This document shows positions 18,076 to 26,951 of a DNA stretch of 38,081 nucleotides, one piece after another. The notes beneath the pieces were generated by a model. The model ran no database searches. It was not told where the DNA came from and worked only from the letters and a program-made list of their open reading frames with translations. The stretch's first letter is position 1. Each line of letters starts with the position of its first letter. Location of the stretch: the NCBI GenBank assembly GCA_043732185.1, contig JAYTHY010000038.1:1-38081 (forward strand). The letters run 5' to 3'. The stretch comes from Fibrobacteria bacterium (GTDB lineage Bacteria; Fibrobacterota; Fibrobacteria; UBA11236). A program made the translations under genes and the position numbers.

Positions 18076-19020
18076 CTAGCCAATTTGTTCGGCCAACATG
18101 TGCATATTCTGAAGGGCGTTCACAGCGGCGCCGGATCCAACATGATTTAAGAATACGACTGCCATGGTGTCCACCTTTGCCAACAATTGTATTTGCCCGC
18201 GCACTCTTTTTTTCAACTCCTCTCGCGAATACAGATAGTCATAGCGGGATTGGTTGGCGCGCTGACGCTCGGCCGGAGACCCATGAAAGGCCCCTTCAGC
18301 GGTGGCTTCCCATGCCGCCAGATTCAATCCACTGTAACGCAAATACCCCTTGCGCGAAGTCGCATAGGCTTTAAGGGGAAAGGCCTGCGGCAGGGCCGGA
18401 ATGTCTGTATTGCAAATGCCCACGCCAGCATTTTTCAAGGCTTCCAGCACCGATTCCTGATGCCAGGTATGGTTGCGGAATTCAACATGCACATCCAGCC
18501 CGTGAGAAATCGCCACGGACGCCGTTTGCAATAGCGAATCCAAAACCTTGCGATTGCGTTCCAAGCCCTCGTCCAACTGAATGAGAAAGGTGTGGAAACG
18601 ACCGCTTTCAACCAATGGACTCACAGCCGTTACATACTTGTTAAGTAAGGACTTGCCTTGCTTAACATCCCAGATGCTTTTATGCGAAATGTCGCCAAGC
18701 ACCTTGACGGAAAACCGCATTCCAGGCTTGCTGCTGCGCTCCAATTCGACAAACTGTTGCAACTGAGGTTCTTGGCTGATGGAAGGAGCGATTTCCAGGA
18801 AAGTGAAATACTGCTGGTAATATTGGAAGCATTCCCGCGATGAGGCGTTGAACGTGCGCGCCCCCCGGCCCGCAGGCGGATAAAAACAATCCGACCAATC
18901 CGAATACTCAAATCCCCCTGTACCAACCAGCACACCTAGCTGAGCAATGTCTGGTGGAAAAGGGTGGGATTTCCATTTGCTGGGACGGGGACTGGATTTC
19001 CACTTGGCCTGGGCTCGCAT
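18076..19020 (-). CDS. DUF72 (YecE) family protein
   Basis: VGTGGFEYSDW..CFYP, FSVK, HVEFRNHTW, GYLRYSG, RYDYLYS.EEL, VVFLNH; start set at ATG 19020, just downstream of the DUF1697 stop and of an operator copy. Confidence 0.88.
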   Translation of the reverse strand: MRAQAKWKSSPRPSKWKSHPFPPDIAQLGVLVGTGGFEYSDWSDCFYPPAGRGARTFNASSRECFQYYQQYFTFLEIAPSISQEPQLQQFVELERSSKPGMRFSVKVLGDISHKSIWDVKQGKSLLNKYVTAVSPLVESGRFHTFLIQLDEGLERNRKVLDSLLQTASVAISHGLDVHVEFRNHTWHQESVLEALKNAGVGICNTDIPALPQAFPLKAYATSRKGYLRYSGLNLAAWEATAEGAFHGSPAERQRANQSRYDYLYSREELKKRVRGQIQLLAKVDTMAVVFLNHVGSGAAVNALQNMHMLAEQIG

Positions 19021-19021
19021 A

Positions 19022-19037
19022 CTGCCCAAATGTATAC
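19022..19037 (-). promoter_or_regulatory. Putative LexA (SOS) operator overlapping the -10 of the DUF72 gene
   Basis: Plus strand TGCCC-AAAT-GTATA (19023-19036); minus strand TACATTTGGGCAG-t-ATG, 12/13 identical to the element before dnaE2. Confidence 0.6.
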
Positions 19038-19040
19038 TAT

Positions 19041-19583
19041 TTAAACTGTGGCCAGGTCCAAAAGTTTTTGCGTCGTTTCCAGATTGCGGGTGGTTGATTT
19101 CACGACCAGACATTTTTCCACCAGGGCATTGGAAAATTGGGTTTTCCCGTAGCCGCCCCGGCATAGGAGATACACTTCACGTTTGATGACCCGGACCTCG
19201 TCAACTTTCGAGCTAAGGCTTTCCAATTTCTTTATGCCAGTCGGAGCAGGTGCGTCCGATAAAAAGGAGATGTAAACCCTTTCCTTTTCCAGCAACTTGA
19301 GCTTTCGGAAAGGATTGGCCTTGAGAACGGCCTCCAGCTCTGCAAAGCTTCGTACGATCACGGGAACTTGAAAGGCATATTTCTTGGCGATGGCTTTTTC
19401 AATTGCCGAGACCAATTCCTCATCCCGGCCCTTCTCACTTTTAAAAACCACATTGCCGCTTTGGATCAAGGTCTGCACGTCAGAGAACTTCAACGATTCA
19501 AAAAGTTTTTTCAGATCCGCCATTAATATGATTTTCTGACCGCTGACATTGATGCCACGGAGCAAGGCGATATAGGTGCTCAT
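19041..19583 (-). CDS. DUF1697 domain protein
   Basis: YIALLRGINVSG...MADLK...VQTLIQSGNVVF...NPF...TTRN. Confidence 0.93.
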   Translation of the reverse strand: MSTYIALLRGINVSGQKIILMADLKKLFESLKFSDVQTLIQSGNVVFKSEKGRDEELVSAIEKAIAKKYAFQVPVIVRSFAELEAVLKANPFRKLKLLEKERVYISFLSDAPAPTGIKKLESLSSKVDEVRVIKREVYLLCRGGYGKTQFSNALVEKCLVVKSTTRNLETTQKLLDLATV

Positions 19584-20131
19584 GCCTTGGCCAAATTGTC
19601 CTTAACCCGCTTGGCTTGGTTGAAATGCCTGACTTCATGTCCTGCCAAAATTTTTATTCCTATCCGCAAGGGGTAGGTTATGAAGGCGCCGGCTGGTGAG
19701 GAAATAATCACCGTGTCCAAGTCCTTTTCCCTTATCCCCCGTAACTTACCGGTAAACTCGTGATTCGCTGCCAGGAATTCCTGGGTCAGGTTTCGACCAT
19801 AACTAGAACGGACGGGCATCCAAACTTTAAACGTCTTGGTTTTTTTCTGTGTTTCGGGAGAACATGCACCATATATCATCTTCCCCCAAAACGAGGGGAG
19901 AAGCGGCAGCTTGGTCCAGATATTCGGCTGATATTGTCCCGCAACAATGGCATCCAGGGTTTTGAAATAGGATTTGTTACTCTGTATAATATGATCCAGG
20001 CATTCGTTGATACTCCAACTGTTAGCGTCCGGTTTCGTATCCATGTCCACGGCGGATACTCCGGAAAATTCGTGCAACACTTGTGCCGATGCGCTTTCGA
20101 TTTCCTGGATTGTTTGAGGGATGAAATCCAT
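19580..20131 (-). CDS. DinB/YfiT superfamily protein
   Basis: KPDANSWSINECLDHI ... GHEVRHFNQ metal-binding His pattern; ATGA overlap with DUF1697. Confidence 0.88.
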   Translation of the reverse strand: MDFIPQTIQEIESASAQVLHEFSGVSAVDMDTKPDANSWSINECLDHIIQSNKSYFKTLDAIVAGQYQPNIWTKLPLLPSFWGKMIYGACSPETQKKTKTFKVWMPVRSSYGRNLTQEFLAANHEFTGKLRGIREKDLDTVIISSPAGAFITYPLRIGIKILAGHEVRHFNQAKRVKDNLAKA

Positions 20132-20182
20132 TTTAGTGCCTGCTTTCCATGCGTTCACAACTTGAGTTTCAGAAAATAAAAA

Positions 20183-21361
20183 CTAACCACTTTCCACGTT
20201 TGCGCCACTGAGAATGCTACCGAACCCCGAACGGCTACGGATTTTTGCCAGCGCATCGCCCAAAGCCTTTTGTCGGCGATCCCCCGTCGAATCGAATAAA
20301 TTCTGTTGTCCCGTATCTGCCTTGGGGGTCGGTACCGTGAGCGCAATGGAGCGAATGGCCACGCGGCGTAGGTACAAGGCCTGAAACGTTTCCACCGCCT
20401 GGTCCGCCAGGATACGGAACGCATCGGTGCGAGGAACGGTCAAGGTTTTTCGCACAGCCTTGCCGTCCGCGTAGCGAATGGCCACCGTCATCTTATCCGC
20501 TTGTAACCCGCCTTTACGCAAATGGAAAACCAACTTATCCACCGTAAGGCGCACCTTGCGGCTCAGCGCGTCGTCATCGTTGATATCCTCCTCCAATACC
20601 GTTTCCGCAAAGACGCCCTGCCGCACGGCTTTGATCTCTTCCAGATCGAGTCCGCATGCCAAGGTGTATAGTTTGTTACCCTCCGCGCCAAAACGCGTCT
20701 CCAACGCCAGTCGTCCCAATGCGCGAATCTGCCCCACACTTGTAAGTGCATAGCGGCGAATCCTTTCCCGGCACTGCGGTGAAAGACCCGGAAGGCAGCC
20801 CGGCTCCAAGGGCCCCAATACCTCCTCCTCCTGGCCCTCCGGACATACACCCACGAAGTCGCCATGTTCCAATGCCATCCTTGCCACCACCCTGGCCATC
20901 AGCCGTGAAGCGGCCGCACCCACGGCTAGATCTTCGAGGCCGGCCACGTGGAGTACGTCGCGATGCAACTTTTCGGCCAACTCCGTGAATGATGACAACC
21001 GTACCTCCGGTGTTCCGGTTACATCCAAGAGACCGTGGCCGGCACGCACCTCAAACTCCGGTGTATAACGGCTGCACACGCCGCGCAGTTCCTCGCATAA
21101 CGCAGCTTCCCAAGCAACATTGCGAAACACCGGCTCCACACGCCTGGCCCGTCGCCGCGCCGCCGTCAAGGGCATGCCTGCGCGCAAACCCAGGGCCCGG
21201 GCCGCATGCGAGCAGGCGATCACGTAGGTTTTATGGTTGTCCGGATCCTGGTCCACCACCACAAAGGGCTTGCCGCGTTTGGACGGGTTCCAGGCGGCGA
21301 TGGCCTGGGCGGGAAAGTCGCCGGCTTCCATGGCCAGGAATCGGGGTGGGGGTAAATTCAC
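20183..21361 (-). CDS. Catalytically inactive Y-family DNA polymerase (ImuB-like accessory subunit)
   Basis: PolY fold motifs (GKPFVV, VIACSHAARALGLRAGM, LPGL, little finger), but the DMDxF and SxDE catalytic motifs are replaced by MEAGDF and RAGHG; clamp motif QQNLF; RecA-NT-like tail. Confidence 0.85.
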   Translation of the reverse strand: MNLPPPRFLAMEAGDFPAQAIAAWNPSKRGKPFVVVDQDPDNHKTYVIACSHAARALGLRAGMPLTAARRRARRVEPVFRNVAWEAALCEELRGVCSRYTPEFEVRAGHGLLDVTGTPEVRLSSFTELAEKLHRDVLHVAGLEDLAVGAAASRLMARVVARMALEHGDFVGVCPEGQEEEVLGPLEPGCLPGLSPQCRERIRRYALTSVGQIRALGRLALETRFGAEGNKLYTLACGLDLEEIKAVRQGVFAETVLEEDINDDDALSRKVRLTVDKLVFHLRKGGLQADKMTVAIRYADGKAVRKTLTVPRTDAFRILADQAVETFQALYLRRVAIRSIALTVPTPKADTGQQNLFDSTGDRRQKALGDALAKIRSRSGFGSILSGANVESG

Positions 21362-22062
21362 ACCCGACCCTTGAGGTAATCCTGCCGCCGAGGCTCAGAA
21401 AAATGTTCGATGGCATAGCGCAGCATGGTGCGCGGCATGGTGCGGTAATGGCGCACCAGAAAAGCCTCTTCGGCGTGGCGATCCCGCTTGCCCACCTCCC
21501 GCAATACCCAGCCCACAGCCTTGTGCAACAGATCTTCGGGGGCGGCCAGTAACAGCTTCGCTATGCGCAGCGCGTCGACTGAATCCTTTTTGCGGACAAA
21601 GCGCAACGTGGCAACGATGGCCATGCGCCGTTCCCACAGATGTTTGGATTGCGCAAGTGTATACAAAGGCGCCCGATCCCGCGCTTCCAAATACGCGCCC
21701 AGAATATGGGGGGCGGAAACGTCCACCAAATCCCAATTGTTGATCCAACGCGCACTGCCGATATAGAGCCGGTAGATTTTTTCCCGCGTAGCCTCATCGC
21801 CGCGTTTGAATTGACGCGCCATGATGTCCAGGGCCGCGAAGCGATCCTCGTGGAAAGGCGACGCCAAAAGGCGTTTGATCTCCGGAAAGGCCAGGTCGCG
21901 GTATTCCCCCACCACCCTTCGGATAACGGGAACCTTGATGCCGTGGAAGCGATCGCCTTCGCCATAGTCACCGGGACCGGTTTTGAAGAAGCGCAGCGCG
22001 ATGGCTTTGACCTCGGGAGATCCCAAGGCTTTCAGTTTGATCTGGATGTCTTTAGCTTTCAT
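21358..22062 (-). CDS. DNA alkylation repair protein (AlkD-like HEAT-repeat glycosylase)
   Basis: FFKTGPGDYGEGDRFHG, INNWDLVD, LWERR, KAVGWVLREVGKR, MPRTMLRYAIE. Confidence 0.92.
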   Translation of the reverse strand: MKAKDIQIKLKALGSPEVKAIALRFFKTGPGDYGEGDRFHGIKVPVIRRVVGEYRDLAFPEIKRLLASPFHEDRFAALDIMARQFKRGDEATREKIYRLYIGSARWINNWDLVDVSAPHILGAYLEARDRAPLYTLAQSKHLWERRMAIVATLRFVRKKDSVDALRIAKLLLAAPEDLLHKAVGWVLREVGKRDRHAEEAFLVRHYRTMPRTMLRYAIEHFSEPRRQDYLKGRV

Positions 22063-22075
22063 GTTGGCCGCACCG

Positions 22076-22867
22076 TTATTTCAATTTCGAGGAGGCTGGC
22101 AGAATGAGCAAGAAGGGCAATGACTTGGAATAATCCAGATCCTGGTAGAAAATCCCCATGCGATTCAGATTCTTATAGTACTGATCCACCTTTTGATAAT
22201 AATGGTATTCGCTTTGCAGATACCACGCTTGCTGGCCCAACTTCTCCGATAGAAACCATTTTTCCAAAAGCCTTCCAACCCGCCCATTGCCATCCTCAAA
22301 AGGATGGATGTTGACAAAAATCAAATGGATGGACGCGGCCATAAAAAAGGCCTCCGTCATGGTCAATTCCATTTTCACCAATTTTTTGATGTCCCCCCAA
22401 AGCAAATCGAACAGGATGGGAACTTGCCCGGCGGGCGCAGCTTCGTATTGGATGCGATGGGTTTGATGCTCCACCACCACCATCTCGGTTTTGCGTAAGG
22501 CTCCGAGGGATTTGCGAGGCAACAAATGGATGCCTAGCAGCTTATGGGATTGCAGGAAGTTTTTTCGATTCAGGGGATGAGTCTGGGCATATTGATACGC
22601 CTTATAAAGATCGTTGGGCTTTTGCACCAGATCCGGGAGATAGGCAATTTTCAACATGCGATGTTTGACATAACTGTCCACCTCCATCGGTTCGCCCTCG
22701 ATTCGCGACGAAGCGATAGCTGAAATGGAGGTGTAGAAACTGAAGGCTCGAGTGGATAGTGGGCTTTCCCGCAATGCCTTAAATCGTTTCCTGAGATCCT
22801 TGGGTATGGCGGCTTTGTATGCCGGCAAAAGGTCGATGGGAATGATTTTTAAAGCACCAAATTTCAA
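22076..22867 (-). CDS. Fic family protein (class II-type, N-terminal autoinhibitory helix)
   Basis: Canonical HPFEDGNGRVGR; inhibitory SSRIEG motif; TTG start with SD GGAGG. Confidence 0.9.
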   Translation of the reverse strand: MKFGALKIIPIDLLPAYKAAIPKDLRKRFKALRESPLSTRAFSFYTSISAIASSRIEGEPMEVDSYVKHRMLKIAYLPDLVQKPNDLYKAYQYAQTHPLNRKNFLQSHKLLGIHLLPRKSLGALRKTEMVVVEHQTHRIQYEAAPAGQVPILFDLLWGDIKKLVKMELTMTEAFFMAASIHLIFVNIHPFEDGNGRVGRLLEKWFLSEKLGQQAWYLQSEYHYYQKVDQYYKNLNRMGIFYQDLDYSKSLPFLLILPASSKLK

Positions 22868-22924
22868 AATTCCTCCGTCATTTTATAAATCCCAGATACT
22901 TTCTGCTCAATGGATCGCTTCGAT

Positions 22925-23545
22925 TCAAACAGCTTGGTAAACCACTTTTTTGTCATCTAGTTTTATGACGTTCTCTTGCACCAGTCGTTCCACTATTTTT
23001 TCCTTATTCGCATCCTCCAATTTACCCTTTGATCCCAGAAATGCCTTCAGGGAAGTGATACGTTTCGGCCTGGTTTTCTGATCCAGCTTTCGCAGCGCAT
23101 CAACCATTCTCAAATAAAAACTTTCCTCATCTTCCTGCTTCTTGGGAGCCCGTTCCTGTTTTTTAGGAGGCAGTTTTTTCAGTTCATCTATTCGCTTACA
23201 GTTAATGCCGATGGCAATCAAGTGTTTGATGAGAGGATCAAAACCTTTATCCTTTGACAATACTGAAAAATAAGCCGTCTTATTTTTAGAAGCCATTTCA
23301 CCTAAGTAAAAAGCGATATGGAAATCCAAAGCATTTTTGCCATTGCCATCAATTTTTATCCAGTTTACCCGCTCTCCATATTTTTGTGAATCTTTGACCA
23401 GATTAAAATCAATTTTGTTCTGATTTTCCCCGGTAAAAATCAGGACGTGCTGATTTTCCTGCAAAGCTGGGAGACCGGTAATTTTCAGGTTTTCAAAATC
23501 GACAAGCACGTACTCTTCAAGAAGTCCATTTTTTTCAGGTTGCAA
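22925..23545 (-). CDS. PIN/NYN-fold nuclease domain protein with C-terminal winged-helix-like domain
   Basis: VLVDFEN, GKNALDFHIAFYLG, LSKDKGFDPLI; TTG start with SD AGGGGAGG. Confidence 0.85.
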   Translation of the reverse strand: MQPEKNGLLEEYVLVDFENLKITGLPALQENQHVLIFTGENQNKIDFNLVKDSQKYGERVNWIKIDGNGKNALDFHIAFYLGEMASKNKTAYFSVLSKDKGFDPLIKHLIAIGINCKRIDELKKLPPKKQERAPKKQEDEESFYLRMVDALRKLDQKTRPKRITSLKAFLGSKGKLEDANKEKIVERLVQENVIKLDDKKVVYQAV

Positions 23546-23618
23546 ATGACCCTCCCCTAATCTTTTTCATAAAGTTGCAAAATTCTACGGCGCTTCCACC
23601 GTAAAATAAATCCACTCC

Positions 23619-26600
23619 TCACGCTGCCAGCGATGCAAGGTCCTGCGCATAGGCTGGATAGTTCTTGAGCCCTTCACGCAAACGCAGCGAGGCCATTTCG
23701 AAATTGACCTGATTGGGAAGCCACTCCACGATGCGCACGGAATCTGCGACCACGGAATAGGTGTCCCATTCCTCGCTGACCGTGCCCCATATCTCAAGCA
23801 GGTTGCCGCTGAACTGCGCCTGCCCCACCAGTTCATCGCCCCATTTTTCCAACGCTTCGGGCCAGAAGATCACGTCCAGGTAGCCGGTATTGTCGGCCAT
23901 GGTCAAAAACTTCATGTATCGCCCACCCCCATCGTCGTTGCCGCGATTGGCCACCGGATGTAACCTATCCGTTACCGGTATCCCCAAGACCTTGACGCGC
24001 TTGCCCACGTGATGGCGCAGAGCGTCGGCGCGCACGGCATTCCGGGCGGCCATGTGCGTAGCCACCACCTCCAGCATATTGGCGGAGAGGACATAACCCA
24101 ACATGCGCAGTTCGTTGAGACATTTCTGCATGAGGGAATAATCGCCCAACCCCGCTTTCCGATGGATGTTCGTCAAACTCTTGGTCGACCAATCGGGTCC
24201 CACCGCGCCCGCCACGCTCCCCACATTCCCGAAAAGATCGCCCTGGGTCGGACGGCCGGTCACCGAACGGTTGGAACCGGCTCCCAGCGTGCCATAAACC
24301 GCGTCCAATAAATACAGGAGCTCAGGCTGATTGGCGCCAAAGGACGCGCACGCACCTGCCAGAATCAGATTCTCGGCCTCGCGTTTGTGCAGGGGAACGC
24401 GTTGCAGCAAATCGGGTAAATCGCGATAGAGACCGTTCTCGTTCCGTTCCTGCACCAACACCTTGAGAGCGGCCTCGCGGCAATCGCGCACGGGCATAAG
24501 ACCGGGCCGGATCCAATTGTCCCGGCCATGGTATTCCAGACGCGAGCTATTGACGTCCAGGGGCAGTATGCGCAATCCCCAGCGCCGGGCTTCGTCGAGG
24601 TAGACATCACGGCTATAGAAACCGTGGCGGTTGCTGATCACGGCGGAGAGGAATTGCGCCGGATAACGACTCTTGAGATGCGCGCATTGAAAGGAAAGTT
24701 CCGCATAACTGGCGCTGTGCGATTTGCAAAAAGAAAATCCGGAAAAGGAGGCCACACGCTCCCACAATTCTTCAGCTTGCGGCTGACTCATGGGACGACT
24801 GAGCAGGGAATTACCCTTGCACCCCTCGATGAACAACAAACGGATCCGCTCCCATTCAGCCCGCTGCGGCGCGCCCTCGTGCTGGCTATTCATCATCTTA
24901 CGGATGCGGTCGGCAAGCTTGAAAGACAGACCCGCGATATCATGACAGATGCGGATCACGTCTTCCTGAAAGGCGCAGACATCATGGGTATCTCCCAGGA
25001 TACCCTCCAGATCCGGATGCAGAAAGTGCCAGTCCTTGACGTTTTCCTTGAGCATGCGATGCCTTTCCACAAAAAGTTTACAATAGCCGGTGCCGGCGGG
25101 ACGGATAAGACTGGAGGTGATGACCACTTCCGGATAACTCTCCACCTTGGCCTTCTGGTTGAGGCGGATCTGGGCCGGACTTTCGATATAAAAGATCCCG
25201 CGGGTCTTGCCCTCCACGAGCATGTCGCGCACGGCCGGATCGCGCAGGCATTTCTCCACGTCCCACACTTCCGGATCCGGCTGACCCTGCTCCTCAAGCT
25301 GACCCAAGGTGTCGCGCAAAACGGATATCGATCCATTGCCCAGCAAATCGAATTTGATCAGCCCCAGTTCATCGATGCCATTGTGCATATCCACCTGCGT
25401 CACCAACCGCCCGCCACCATCGCCCTGCCGCTCCGTGGAGTTGGCTTTGCCAACTCCTAAAGAACCGCCCCCGGCGGTTCTCGACCACTCACACGCCACA
25501 TGCCTCCAGATTGGCTGGTTGGTGATGATAAGACCTCCTGGATGCTGGCCGATGAAACGCGGCTTACCCTGGAGCTTGGCGGCCCAAGTTTGAATACTGC
25601 GAATCGTATCATCGTCCAGACGCCGGGCCTTGGTTTGAAAACTGTCGAGCACGGTCGAAACCTGTTCGTCGGAATATCCGAATACCTTGGCGGCCTCGCG
25701 GAAAGCCGCCCGCCCGCGGAAGCAATTGGTGGTGCAGGTGATGGCCACGCGATCACGCCCGAAGCGTTCGACCATCCACTTGAGGGCCCGGTCGCGTTCA
25801 TCCCAGCCGAAATCGAGATCGGCATCCGGCGGCGCGGCCCGGTCTTCGTTGAGAAAGCGTTGGAAATACAAATTGTGGGCGACGGGATCGAGATTGCATA
25901 CGCCCAGATTGAAAAAGGTGATGGAGTTGGCTCCGCTGCCGCGCAAGATGGTGCAGTCCCGGCCACGGCGATAGGCACTACGCAAGTTGCGACCGGCCCA
26001 GTCGCGCACTTCCTTGACCATGAGAAAGTAGGAGGAATATCCGAGTTTGCGAATCACCTGGAGTTCCATTTCCTGAATGGCCCGGGCCTTAGAAAACTCG
26101 GGCCGATTTCCGTATTTTTTCCACAGTCCTTCGGAGGCCACCCGGGACAGGTAGGTATCGGGCGTGTAACCCTTGGGCACGGCGATTTCGGGCATGATCC
26201 ATTTTCCCATGGGCGGCGTGGCATTGCAGTTTAGAGCAATGAAATCGGTGTTGGCAAAAGCATCGGGTCGATCCGTGAAAAGCTCCGCCATCTGCGCAGG
26301 GGAACGGAGCCAAGCACCTTCTGGCGCGCTCTCGCCCGGCTTAAGGCGCGACAAGGTGGAATTGAGATCGATAGCTCTCAGGATGCGATGCAGTTCATGA
26401 TCCTGTCGTTCCAGAAAACGGCAGTCGCCGGAAGCCACCATGGGGAGGTTTTCCAATCGGCACAACTCTTCAAGCTCACGGCTCCAGGCCCGGGCCTCGG
26501 GGAAATGGCGCAACAACTCGCCATAGAGACGCGGACGATTGGGGCCGGAGGCTAAGACTTTAAGGCAGCGAGGCGCGGCCGTCAGCAAAAAAAGATTGGG

Positions 26601-26951
26601 CCATTCCTTGGCGAAGGCTTTGGCAAAAGAGAAAGCAGCCCCATCACGCTGGCGGAGCGTGGTGAGTTCGCAGATGTCGCCGTAGCCTTCGTCATTTTTT
26701 GCCAGTAACACCAACGTTTCCTTCGGCCCGGAGACTTCGCTCAGCTCCACGCCCAGGATGGGTTTTATTCCGGCGGCCAGGCATTCCTTATGGAACAGGA
26801 TGAGGCCGCTCATGCGGTTGGTATCGGTCAGGGCCAAGGCCGACATGCCGAGCGCTTTGGCTTTGGCGACCAAGTCTTTGATCGCGGGGACTCCGGACAG
26901 CAGGGAGAACTCGGAGTGCACGTGGAGATGAGTGAATGCTATTTTGTTCAT
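23619..26951 (-). CDS. dnaE2: Error-prone DNA polymerase III alpha subunit (DnaE2-type)
   Basis: PHP HLHVHSEFS with degenerate metal ligands; RGSGANS; catalytic PDADLDF and KFDLLG; FCKSHSASYA; OB fold; sits with an inactive PolY. Confidence 0.88.
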   Translation of the reverse strand: MNKIAFTHLHVHSEFSLLSGVPAIKDLVAKAKALGMSALALTDTNRMSGLILFHKECLAAGIKPILGVELSEVSGPKETLVLLAKNDEGYGDICELTTLRQRDGAAFSFAKAFAKEWPNLFLLTAAPRCLKVLASGPNRPRLYGELLRHFPEARAWSRELEELCRLENLPMVASGDCRFLERQDHELHRILRAIDLNSTLSRLKPGESAPEGAWLRSPAQMAELFTDRPDAFANTDFIALNCNATPPMGKWIMPEIAVPKGYTPDTYLSRVASEGLWKKYGNRPEFSKARAIQEMELQVIRKLGYSSYFLMVKEVRDWAGRNLRSAYRRGRDCTILRGSGANSITFFNLGVCNLDPVAHNLYFQRFLNEDRAAPPDADLDFGWDERDRALKWMVERFGRDRVAITCTTNCFRGRAAFREAAKVFGYSDEQVSTVLDSFQTKARRLDDDTIRSIQTWAAKLQGKPRFIGQHPGGLIITNQPIWRHVACEWSRTAGGGSLGVGKANSTERQGDGGGRLVTQVDMHNGIDELGLIKFDLLGNGSISVLRDTLGQLEEQGQPDPEVWDVEKCLRDPAVRDMLVEGKTRGIFYIESPAQIRLNQKAKVESYPEVVITSSLIRPAGTGYCKLFVERHRMLKENVKDWHFLHPDLEGILGDTHDVCAFQEDVIRICHDIAGLSFKLADRIRKMMNSQHEGAPQRAEWERIRLLFIEGCKGNSLLSRPMSQPQAEELWERVASFSGFSFCKSHSASYAELSFQCAHLKSRYPAQFLSAVISNRHGFYSRDVYLDEARRWGLRILPLDVNSSRLEYHGRDNWIRPGLMPVRDCREAALKVLVQERNENGLYRDLPDLLQRVPLHKREAENLILAGACASFGANQPELLYLLDAVYGTLGAGSNRSVTGRPTQGDLFGNVGSVAGAVGPDWSTKSLTNIHRKAGLGDYSLMQKCLNELRMLGYVLSANMLEVVATHMAARNAVRADALRHHVGKRVKVLGIPVTDRLHPVANRGNDDGGGRYMKFLTMADNTGYLDVIFWPEALEKWGDELVGQAQFSGNLLEIWGTVSEEWDTYSVVADSVRIVEWLPNQVNFEMASLRLREGLKNYPAYAQDLASLAA

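Noticed and set aside
19021..19164. Extended N-terminus of DUF72 as given in the ORF track
   Set aside because: Overlaps DUF1697 by over 120 nt; ATG 19020 fits the spacing and the operator/promoter element
20183..21361. Calling this gene active DNA polymerase IV (dinB)
   Set aside because: The catalytic Asp/Glu motifs are absent
19041..23618. Small accessory genes as integron cassettes
   Set aside because: Intergenic gaps are too short or lack RYYYAAC...GTTRRRY attC structure; no integrase present
24528..26234. Long plus-strand ORFs (310 aa and 244 aa) antisense to dnaE2
   Set aside because: Shadow frames of a GC-rich gene; no recognisable motifs
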